IMG/VR virus record: IMGVR_UViG_3300020045_002407
Span: 1 to 49,342 of that record
DNA length: 49,342 nt
Origin: a virus
Lineage: Duplodnaviria; Caudoviricetes
Reading direction: 5' to 3' (one strand)
Position numbers and translations under genes: made by a program. A model generated the notes under the pieces. That model was given only the letters and a program-made list of their open reading frames with translations, was not told the DNA's origin and did no database searches. Positions 8,484 to 16,257 of the stretch are shown here, in pieces (the first letter of the stretch is position 1; the number at the start of each line of letters is the position of its first letter).

Positions 8484-9879
8484 CTTCAAGCTACCTGAGA
8501 AGTTCATTCCACATCCATACCAAATTGACGCCATTAAGCACGTGGTGTCTAGGCCCTACGCTGGACTGTTTCTGCCACCAGGACTAGGCAAGACGTCGAG
8601 TACACTTGCTGCTTTTAAGATACTCAAAAAGCAGGGCATGGTGAACGCAGTACTGATAGTTTCCCCACTACGTGTCATGAAGTATACCTGGCCAGCCGAG
8701 ATAACAAAGTGGATAGACTTCGAAGACTTCAAAGTAGTTACGCTGCATGGTAAAGATAAGGACGATGGCCTAAAGAGGAAGGCCGATGTCTATCTTATTA
8801 ACTTTGAAGGACTTTTGTGGCTGCTACCATTATTAGCTAAGATGGCTGTGTGGCCATTTGATATGTTAGTAGTAGACGAGAGCACCAAGCTCAAAGCCTA
8901 CGACTCTAAGCGCTTCAAGTTACTGAAGAAGTTGTTGTCAAAATTCAAGCGTAGATTGATACTAACTGGTACGCCAACCCCTAATTCCATGATAGATATA
9001 TTTGCGCAGGCGTATATTATGGACTGCGGCCGAGCACTAACCCAGTTCATTACACACTTCCGTAGTATGTTCTTCACGCTGGACATGAAGCGACATAAGC
9101 CCGGTGACAAGCCAAATGCATGGGAGTACGTACTAAACCCAGGCGCCGAGGTCGACATACGTCGTCGCATTGAGCACCTCGTATACTCCAGTAATGGGGC
9201 AGGCTACATCAAAGACCAAACACCAGTGATTAACGACGTGTATGTGGAGCTCCCACCAGCGGTGCGTACACAGTATCGTACCATGGAAAAAATACTTATG
9301 TCGCAGCTGGAGTCTGGTACAGTACTTGCTGCCAATGCCGCCGTAGCCGCTGGAAAATGCAGGCAAATTTGTAATGGACACCTATACACCGACGCAGACT
9401 ACAACTTTGAAGTGCTGCACGACGAAAAGCTCAACGCGGTAGAAGACTTGTTAGACGAGTTGGTGGGCAATCCTACCCTGGTCTGGTACGAGTACAAGTC
9501 GGACTTAAAGCGGTTGATGGCTAAGTTCCCAGGCGCCGTGCTCACAGCCAAAAGCCCCGCGAGTATTGTTGATGACTGGAATGCTGGCAAGATTCAGCTA
9601 CTGTACGTACATTGGCAATCAGCGGCGCATGGTTTGAACATGCAGTTTGGCGGGTACAACATGATTTATTTCACGGTACCTTGGTCTGGTGAAGGCTATA
9701 GTCAAGGCATCGCACGGCTTGCCCGCCAAGGTCAGAAGAATCAGGTCATTGTACACCGCATCTTGGCGCGCAATACTATAGACGAATCGGTGGCTAGGAC
9801 ACTGGCTAAGCGCGAAGCGACTCAAGAAGACTTTCTGAAAAATTTACGCGAGTATTGGCAAAGTGTTAAAGAAGAATAA
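8476..9879 (+). CDS. SNF2-family helicase
   Basis: PHPYQ, PGLGKT, VVDES, LTGTP, HGLNMQ, ARLARQGQ motifs. Confidence 0.93.
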   Translation: MSDFKLPEKFIPHPYQIDAIKHVVSRPYAGLFLPPGLGKTSSTLAAFKILKKQGMVNAVLIVSPLRVMKYTWPAEITKWIDFEDFKVVTLHGKDKDDGLKRKADVYLINFEGLLWLLPLLAKMAVWPFDMLVVDESTKLKAYDSKRFKLLKKLLSKFKRRLILTGTPTPNSMIDIFAQAYIMDCGRALTQFITHFRSMFFTLDMKRHKPGDKPNAWEYVLNPGAEVDIRRRIEHLVYSSNGAGYIKDQTPVINDVYVELPPAVRTQYRTMEKILMSQLESGTVLAANAAVAAGKCRQICNGHLYTDADYNFEVLHDEKLNAVEDLLDELVGNPTLVWYEYKSDLKRLMAKFPGAVLTAKSPASIVDDWNAGKIQLLYVHWQSAAHGLNMQFGGYNMIYFTVPWSGEGYSQGIARLARQGQKNQVIVHRILARNTIDESVARTLAKREATQEDFLKNLREYWQSVKEE

Positions 9880-9893
9880 TTTTGCTTTGGGCG

Positions 9894-9921
9894 TTGAATA
9901 AAGTGCGTAATACGTTATAAT
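9894..9921 (+). promoter_or_regulatory. sigma70-type promoter, probably giving a leaderless HNH mRNA
   Basis: TTGAAT 9894-9899, 16-nt spacer, TATAAT 9916-9921; ATG 6 nt downstream with no RBS. Confidence 0.6.
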
Positions 9922-9927
9922 TAGCTT

Positions 9928-10506
9928 ATGGGAAATTTAATTGATTTGGTTGGCAGGCGTTTTTGCAAATGGACTGTACTCGAAAGGGCGCTACCAAAGT
10001 CTTTACCAGCATACTGGATATGCAAATGTGACTGCGGTACCATAAAGCGAGTGCAAGGTGGTAGTTTGCGAAACGGGGCCTCTACTAGCTGTGTACCATG
10101 CGCAAGAACTACGCATGGGCACGCGTATAGCAGTACCTACCGCAGTTGGATTAACATGAAGCAACGCTGTATAAACATCAAGCATCCACAATACAAAGAC
10201 TATGGGGGTCGTGGTATAACCTTTTGTGACGAATGGCATGCCTTTGCTAAGTTTATTGCGGACATGGGTGATAAGCCTGATGGCTTGTTCCTGGAGCGAA
10301 AAGATAACAGTATCGGCTACTGTAAAAGTAATTGCGTATGGGCTACTCGCAAAGTGCAAAATAGAAACACGCGCAGCACAAAGCTAAGCGAAGCTGCGGC
10401 TATAGATATAAGAAACTCCACAGATAGCATTAAAAGTCTAATGGCCAAATACTCAGTAACACGCCATAGTATTTACCTAGTTAGATACAACAAAACTTGG
10501 AGGTAA
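9928..10506 (+). CDS. free-standing HNH homing endonuclease
   Basis: DLVGRRF...WICKCDCG...SWINMKQRC...YGGRGI...LERKDNSIGYCKSNCVWAT...QNRN; AT-richer than flanks. Confidence 0.85.
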   Translation: MGNLIDLVGRRFCKWTVLERALPKSLPAYWICKCDCGTIKRVQGGSLRNGASTSCVPCARTTHGHAYSSTYRSWINMKQRCINIKHPQYKDYGGRGITFCDEWHAFAKFIADMGDKPDGLFLERKDNSIGYCKSNCVWATRKVQNRNTRSTKLSEAAAIDIRNSTDSIKSLMAKYSVTRHSIYLVRYNKTWR

Positions 10507-10507
10507 C

Positions 10508-11242
10508 GTGGAAGTAAGACGCAGCAAGGGCGGAAAAGCAGCATTAGTGCTTGGTGGTAATAACTACGTCAAGTTTGTAACAATTGGCAAGTCTTGCCCA
10601 GTATTTGCTACGATGGCAAGGCCTGATTTTCTAAAGGAGTACAACAAAGTACTGAGCATGCCCACAGACACGGCGGCATACTCGTTCATTAAGGCAGCAA
10701 AAAGCGCAGTAAAGCATAGCCCAGACGTTATTAACTTTTTAATGGAGCAATTTATTTTGAAAAATGTTGCGGAAATGACACTTGCGGAGGTTACTCTGCG
10801 GTACAATAACTTGTGCGTCGGACTCGGCAAGAAGCCTAGAAAATCGTTTGATAGCAAGCGATTAGCTTTAGAGGCTCTTGAAAAGCTTGACGCAGAAGTT
10901 AAGGTTGCTACGCCTGCACAGGCGACGGCAGCAGAGAAATCAACCCAACTTAGGAGTACTAGAATGACTGATGTTAATGGCGAAGTTGTAGCACCGAAGG
11001 TACGCGGCAAAGGTATTGGCGCGCGCGCTATGGAGTTGCTGAGCGAAGGCAAGTCCACCAAGGAAGTGATCGAAATTGTCAAGGCCGAAATTCCGGACGC
11101 GAATCCGACGCCTGCGACTATTGCATGGTACAAGAACAAGCTGCGCCAAGAAGGCAAGCTTGCCATGCCGGTCAAGACTGAAAAAGCACCGAAGGTCAAG
11201 AAGACCAAAGAAGCTCCGGTCGACGAAACCGAAGGCTCGTAA
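10508..11242 (+). CDS. hypothetical protein with basic HTH-like C-terminal domain (possible internal start 10964)
   Basis: GGAGG before GTG 10508; second AGGAG RBS before in-frame ATG 10964; Lys-rich tail. Confidence 0.7.
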   Translation: MEVRRSKGGKAALVLGGNNYVKFVTIGKSCPVFATMARPDFLKEYNKVLSMPTDTAAYSFIKAAKSAVKHSPDVINFLMEQFILKNVAEMTLAEVTLRYNNLCVGLGKKPRKSFDSKRLALEALEKLDAEVKVATPAQATAAEKSTQLRSTRMTDVNGEVVAPKVRGKGIGARAMELLSEGKSTKEVIEIVKAEIPDANPTPATIAWYKNKLRQEGKLAMPVKTEKAPKVKKTKEAPVDETEGS

Positions 11243-11251
11243 GTTTTCAAG

Positions 11252-11273
11252 TAAAGCCCTTAGTTGGGCTTTA
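11252..11273 (+). terminator. hairpin, putative intrinsic terminator
   Basis: TAAAGCCC-ttagtt-GGGCTTTA just after the stop codon. Confidence 0.5.
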
Positions 11274-11309
11274 TATTCCACCAACCACACTTTTCTACGA
11301 AGGTGCACA

Positions 11310-11639
11310 ATGTCGAATGATATTCGAGAAACCTTGAACGCTCGCCAAAAAACACATGGCACATTTGCCCAGCACTCAGATGTAGCTCAACGGCTTAAAG
11401 CTGTAATGCAGACTGCGCCCAACGCCGGCCAGCTGTCTAACGTGCAGCGTGAGGCATTGGAAATGATTCAACACAAGATCGCCCGCATGCTGTGCGGCGA
11501 CACCATGTACTTGGACAACGTGCGTGATATACTGGGCTACGCGCAGTTGATGCTGGACGACATGCTGCTGAAGGAAGGCGCTACCGACGCACAGACGCGT
11601 CGCATTAAGCAAGTCGACGGTGAATGGGTGCTAGCATGA
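11310..11639 (+). CDS. DUF6378-like phage protein
   Basis: TLNARQKTHGTF...ALEMIQHKIARMLCGD...DNVRDILGYAQL; start moved to ATG 11310. Confidence 0.7.
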   Translation: MSNDIRETLNARQKTHGTFAQHSDVAQRLKAVMQTAPNAGQLSNVQREALEMIQHKIARMLCGDTMYLDNVRDILGYAQLMLDDMLLKEGATDAQTRRIKQVDGEWVLA

Positions 11640-13009
11640 GCTGGGAGTATGATTATTTGAGGCTAGTGACTCGTGTCATCGACGAGGGCTACATGGCAGA
11701 GTCACGCGCAGGGGCCACGCACTCAGTGCCAGGCGCCATGCTCAAAGTACCACTGGACAAAGGCTTCCCATTACTGACCACCCGTAAGATGTACCCCGCC
11801 GGGGTCATCGGTGAGCTTGCGGGCTTTCTAGCCGGTTCTACACTGTTGTCAGACTACGAAAAGTTAGGCTGTAAATATTGGAGTGACAATGCAGCCAACT
11901 GGGAGCCTAACAAGGGCAGACCTGAGAGCGAGTGGCAGATTGGGCGCGTATACGGGGCTCAGTGGATAAATTGGCGAGTCGCCACTGAGCGTGTGCAGCC
12001 TACTCCAAAGTTACGCAATGGCATAGTCGCCACAACGTTGGGCATTGCAAATGGTGATGGTAGAAACGCTGAGCCATCACTAAAAGCTGTATGGGGCAAC
12101 ATGATCCAGCGTTGCTATAACCCGGCAAGTAAAAATTATTACGCGTACGGTGCTCGAGGTGTGTATGTCGTTGATCGTTGGCTGGAGTTCAAGGCGTTTG
12201 CTGAGGACGTCAAGAAACTCGCTGGTTGGGACCTCAAAGTAACAAAAGACTCAAAATACCAGCTTGATAAGGATATACTTGGTGATGGCTTTGCGTATGG
12301 CCCGACATCGTGTAAATGGGTTACGGCGCTTGATAATAGCCCGTATGCTAACACGAAGCAGTATACTTTGCAGCACACTAGTGGAGAAGTATTCACCTTC
12401 ACTAGCCCTGCTGAGTTTTGTCGTGAGCACGGCATAAGCCACAGTGGGCTATGCCAATTATGGACTGGTAACAGGCGCTACAAGACATGCTACGGTTTTA
12501 AGTTGCTTGAGGTAAAAGAAATAGGCAAATTTGCCCCAATAAACCAGATAGCAAACGTAATAGAGAGCATTAAAAAAGATCCACTTGGGCGACGGCATAT
12601 TGTGACCGCGTGGAACCCAGCGGAACTGTCGCTTGGTGTACTGCCACCTTGCCATGTGCTATTCCAGTTTTATGTGCGCAGCAATGAGTTGCACTGCTGT
12701 GTCATGATGCGCTCAGTGGACTTGTGTGTCGGCCTGCCGTCGGACATTGTACTGTACGCGCTGCTGACTGCACTCGTTGCAAAAGACACGAGCTTGCGGC
12801 CAGCATCACTGACGTTCTTCTTCGGCGATTGCCACGTGTATCACAACCACGTAAAGGAGTTCTTGACGAAGCAGGCCATTAGGCCGATACAAAAGAGTCC
12901 TACGTTGGTACTAGCCGAGGAGGCGTCAACGTTGACATTCACGCCGGGCATGGTGGAGATTAAAGACTACCATCACTGTGAGGCTATCAAGTACCAATTT
13001 AATGCTTAG
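11636..13009 (+). CDS. thyA: thymidylate synthase-family enzyme with in-frame HNH endonuclease insertion
   Basis: GFPLLTTRK, YGAQW, NQI...RRHIVTAWN, LPPCH, RSVD, GDCHVYHNH; about 185 extra aa between QWINW and INQI. Confidence 0.9.
   Translation: MSWEYDYLRLVTRVIDEGYMAESRAGATHSVPGAMLKVPLDKGFPLLTTRKMYPAGVIGELAGFLAGSTLLSDYEKLGCKYWSDNAANWEPNKGRPESEWQIGRVYGAQWINWRVATERVQPTPKLRNGIVATTLGIANGDGRNAEPSLKAVWGNMIQRCYNPASKNYYAYGARGVYVVDRWLEFKAFAEDVKKLAGWDLKVTKDSKYQLDKDILGDGFAYGPTSCKWVTALDNSPYANTKQYTLQHTSGEVFTFTSPAEFCREHGISHSGLCQLWTGNRRYKTCYGFKLLEVKEIGKFAPINQIANVIESIKKDPLGRRHIVTAWNPAELSLGVLPPCHVLFQFYVRSNELHCCVMMRSVDLCVGLPSDIVLYALLTALVAKDTSLRPASLTFFFGDCHVYHNHVKEFLTKQAIRPIQKSPTLVLAEEASTLTFTPGMVEIKDYHHCEAIKYQFNA
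11975..12535 (+). mobile_element. HNH homing endonuclease coding insert within thyA (boundaries approximate)
   Basis: VWGNMIQRCYNP...YGARGV...LDKDILG...YGPTSCKWV...N plus C-terminal NUMOD1-like FTSPAEFCREHGISHSGL. Confidence 0.8.
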
Positions 13010-13017
13010 GAGGCACC

Positions 13018-13266
13018 ATGCGAAAAATTGGAAGCTTTAGCATAGCTGTACCGCTAGTTGAAGATAGCCCAGAAATCGTAAGGCTAATCATGGGCAAATG
13101 TGCAATAATCAGGTGTGAAATGATCTATCACGAAGGCGCTTTTGAGTACATTGCGCTTTGTGATGATTTTGCAGAAGTTCCACCTGAAGGCAAAATTCCA
13201 GAGTACAACGTAATTGTTCACAACAATGGTGAACGTATTGAGTTTAAACAAAAGGAGGCAATATGA
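13018..13266 (+). CDS. hypothetical protein
   Basis: AGGAGG RBS; ATGA overlap with the next gene. Confidence 0.7.
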   Translation: MRKIGSFSIAVPLVEDSPEIVRLIMGKCAIIRCEMIYHEGAFEYIALCDDFAEVPPEGKIPEYNVIVHNNGERIEFKQKEAI

Positions 13267-13679
13267 ACGACAACCAAATCGAGCAAGAAATCCAAGACAA
13301 GGGGCTGACGGCTCCGAGGGTCACGCCGGCCGATATTGAGGTGAACATTGTAGCAACTTTCTATTTCACAGCCGAAAACGGTGTTGATGGGAAAGACATT
13401 GAGGAGTTGCGGGCAATGAACCCGACAGAGCCTACGATGATCGTTCCAGTAACCTCTTACGAGGTCAAGCCGAGCGATGTATGGCCTGCGCTAGGCTTGC
13501 TGACATTCTGCGTCTTGGTCCTGAAGAACGGCTTTACCGTAACCGGCGAGTCGGCCTGTGCGAGCCCCGAGAACTTCGACGCCGAGCTTGGTCGCAAGAT
13601 CGCCCGGCAGAACGCAGTAAACAAGATTTGGCCGCTAATGGGCTACGAACTGAAGTGCCGGCTAGCATGTACAAGCTAG
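13263..13679 (+). CDS. Gp49/66-family phage protein (candidate Acb4-like nucleotide sponge)
   Basis: LTAPRVTPADIE...TFCVLVLKNGFTVTGESACASPENFDAELGRKIARQNAVNKIWPLMGYEL. Confidence 0.8.
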   Translation: MNDNQIEQEIQDKGLTAPRVTPADIEVNIVATFYFTAENGVDGKDIEELRAMNPTEPTMIVPVTSYEVKPSDVWPALGLLTFCVLVLKNGFTVTGESACASPENFDAELGRKIARQNAVNKIWPLMGYELKCRLACTS

Positions 13680-13717
13680 GCTGGCAAGACCCACGTGAGC
13701 ATTTACTAGGAGGCAAT

Positions 13718-14011
13718 ATGGAAGAATTAGCGGATTTTGGTTGGGCCATTCGTAAGCTCAAAGAAGGCAAGCGAGTAGCACGTGTAGGTTGGAACGGCAA
13801 GGGTATGTGGCTGTCGTTGTCAAATCGTGAGCCACGTTCGGTGCCAGCTGACAAGTTCTGGTCAAAGAATAACATGGCTTTCGCTGGCGACAAGGGTGGC
13901 TCGGCGATGGTGCTGCCTTGCATTACTATGAAGACAGCGGATGACCAAATTCTAATGGGCTGGCTCGCGTCGCAAACCGACATGCTGGCCGAGGACTGGG
14001 TTGTAGTTTAA
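13718..14011 (+). CDS. DUF2829 / Tad2-like protein (candidate anti-defence sponge)
   Basis: FGWAIRKLKEGKRVARVGWNGKGMW...GWLASQTDMLAEDW; start moved to ATG 13718 (AGGAGG RBS). Confidence 0.85.
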   Translation: MEELADFGWAIRKLKEGKRVARVGWNGKGMWLSLSNREPRSVPADKFWSKNNMAFAGDKGGSAMVLPCITMKTADDQILMGWLASQTDMLAEDWVVV

Positions 14012-14018
14012 CGATTAA

Positions 14019-14080
14019 GCCGCCCCGAAGCCGAGCATACTAACCTATGAAAGGCTGCATCGGGAAAATGCAGGGGCGGC
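14019..14080. terminator. branched stem-loop at the convergence of the two arms (putative bidirectional terminator)
   Basis: GCCGCCCC 14019-14026 / GGGGCGGC 14073-14080 enclosing two inner hairpins. Confidence 0.5.
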
Positions 14081-14082
14081 CC

Positions 14083-16257
14083 CTACTCTCTATGCCCAAG
14101 CTCGCCACGCAGGTACGCATTAAGCCACGGCTCCCCAGCCCCACGAGCCGAGCGCTTAGTGGTATCTTGCAGAGCACCGAGCACGCCCTTTAGCTTGGGG
14201 TTAGCAAAGTGCATGTTCTGTCCTGTATTTGATCCAGCATACCGATTCAGCCCACGCATAACGCCAAGCACACCGGCGGGAGCAACAGTGCCGGCAAGTG
14301 CTAGGCGCGTAGCAGGATCAATTGCGTCGCCTAGCATGCCAAGCCCCATGTACGCAGCACCAGCAGTACCTGCCAAGCCGCTAGCTGCCATGAAGGGCAG
14401 CGTACGTGCTCCGGTGGGCGGTGGCGTGGTACCTGCTTCGGCAGAGCGCCTAGTAAGCCCAACAATATCACGCGCGTCTTTGATCTGCTGCAGCTCTTCT
14501 GGTGAGAAGATGTAGTCACCAGCATGCGCTTGCTTGGCCGTGTTACGCAGCAAGCTAGCATTGCCTAGGCCTTGAATATCAGGGCTTATCGACGGGTCAA
14601 CCATACGGCCAATGGCGGCTGACTTAACGGCGGCTTGCCCAGCTGGAGTGCTATGGGCCATGACGTCCCCTGCAACGCTGGAGTCGGAGGCGGGCAAAAC
14701 TTTGTTTGCAACAGTATCAACATCAATATCATCATTTATTATTTTTCTAAGCAACTGGGTCTTAGAGCCGAGCTTGCTTGGGTCGCGGAACGGGAGCACG
14801 TTCTCTTTGAAGTAGCCACGTGCATCACTCCATGCATCATTAAGCGCTTTGTTGCCCGACTGTTTGCCCCATGCGTCAAGGTCTTTATTGAACGCACTGA
14901 AAATGCTGGCAGCATGCTTGACAGCCTCGCCATCTAGGCCCGCAGGCAGCGTACCGTTCTTGAACTGTGTATCGAGCTTGTCGTACCAAGCGCCAAGTCT
15001 CTTGCGTAAGAACTGGGCATCATCAAAGCCAAGCTGCTGCTCGTACTTGAACGGCTTCATGTTCTTAGGATTGATAATCAACCCGTTCTGTGGGCCTACG
15101 TCTTCCTGCAACCCAAGCATTTTGCTGATCTGCGGGCTGTTCTTGAATTCGTCAAATAACTCTGGGTAGTCGGCTAGGGCGGACTTAGTGGCCATGTAGG
15201 CACGCTCAGGCACTATAGGCGTAAGACCAGGCGACCGACCGGCAATGTCCTTCACAAGCTGGAACTTAGCACTTGACTCAGTTCTAGCACCGTTGTACTT
15301 ATCCTTGATGCCCTTTACAATGGAGGCATTATCAGTACCGGGGTTAGGCGACGACAGACCTTCAGACAAGTCTTCGAGCACTTGGCGCGTGGCGTCTTGC
15401 TGCTTCTGCATGTCGCCAGTGCGGCCAGACCAGAATGGGCGATTGGCGTTTTCAATGCTAGCCCATTCACTTGTTGGGGCTAGGTCGCCGATTGTCAGCG
15501 GTACACCTTTAGACTTTGCAAGCAAGAACAAGCGGCGTTTTTCGGCGTCAGTCCACGTAGTTTCTGGCAATGACAAGCCTAGCTTTCCAGCCAAGTCCCG
15601 GGCTCTTTGTGGAATTAGCTCCGGCGCGGCGTGCAATGTCTTGCCTAGCAGGTTTGATGCGCCAGTTGCCACAGCATGACCTGCGGCACCACCGAGACCG
15701 CCTACGCCAACATTAAAGGCCGTGCCATTCTGGTCATTTGATGTTACGGGCAATGAGAGACCCTGCGCAACTCCCAGTTTGCCGGACGTAGCCAGTGGGC
15801 CCATGGGCGCTCGGCCCGTTGCCACTACATCTGGTAGCATATTGCCTAGCATGCCTGGCGTGGTGGCCATCAACGGGGCGTCACGAGTGGCTGCCTCATC
15901 TATATCTGCTTGTACGCCTTTGAACAACTGCGGAGCAACCTTATTGACGCCTTGCTTAGCACGGTTTTGTACGTCAACAAAGCGCTTACCGGCGCCCGCT
16001 AGCATCTGTGCGGTGGGCTGACTAATGGGTAAGCCAGTATCATACGTAGGCCATTCGCCAGGTAGTGGCACCGTAGCCTTAAGCGTGTTTTTACCGGACA
16101 TGGGCGTGTCTGCCGGCTCCTCTGCTTTGCCAGTTATATCTTCAAGCGTAAGCCCGCGTTGCTTGGCTGCGCCTAGGGCCTGCTGCGTGACTTTACTGGC
16201 CTCTGCTGCGACCTCCGGTGAAAACAGGTCAGCAAGAGTCAGCTCGCGTTTTGCCAT
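14083..16257 (-). CDS. putative internal virion / DNA ejection protein
   Basis: 724 aa, Ala/Gly-rich and helical; last gene of the late arm, where podoviral ejection genes usually lie. Confidence 0.65.
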   Translation of the reverse strand: MAKRELTLADLFSPEVAAEASKVTQQALGAAKQRGLTLEDITGKAEEPADTPMSGKNTLKATVPLPGEWPTYDTGLPISQPTAQMLAGAGKRFVDVQNRAKQGVNKVAPQLFKGVQADIDEAATRDAPLMATTPGMLGNMLPDVVATGRAPMGPLATSGKLGVAQGLSLPVTSNDQNGTAFNVGVGGLGGAAGHAVATGASNLLGKTLHAAPELIPQRARDLAGKLGLSLPETTWTDAEKRRLFLLAKSKGVPLTIGDLAPTSEWASIENANRPFWSGRTGDMQKQQDATRQVLEDLSEGLSSPNPGTDNASIVKGIKDKYNGARTESSAKFQLVKDIAGRSPGLTPIVPERAYMATKSALADYPELFDEFKNSPQISKMLGLQEDVGPQNGLIINPKNMKPFKYEQQLGFDDAQFLRKRLGAWYDKLDTQFKNGTLPAGLDGEAVKHAASIFSAFNKDLDAWGKQSGNKALNDAWSDARGYFKENVLPFRDPSKLGSKTQLLRKIINDDIDVDTVANKVLPASDSSVAGDVMAHSTPAGQAAVKSAAIGRMVDPSISPDIQGLGNASLLRNTAKQAHAGDYIFSPEELQQIKDARDIVGLTRRSAEAGTTPPPTGARTLPFMAASGLAGTAGAAYMGLGMLGDAIDPATRLALAGTVAPAGVLGVMRGLNRYAGSNTGQNMHFANPKLKGVLGALQDTTKRSARGAGEPWLNAYLRGELGHRE

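Noticed and set aside
10564-11250. Long antisense ORFs (also 18473-19192 and 43706-44236) and alternate-frame ORFs (35379-35987, 35997-36539)
   Set aside because: Shadows of well-supported genes, with no recognisable motifs.
11975-12535. thyA insert as an intein or group I intron
   Set aside because: No Hint-domain terminal residues, and a continuous reading frame almost fully occupied by endonuclease. Rejected by eye only; a model search is still needed.
13481-13717. Extended DUF2829 ORF or frameshift fusion with the upstream gene
   Set aside because: There is a strong AGGAGG RBS at ATG 13718 and no evident slippery site.
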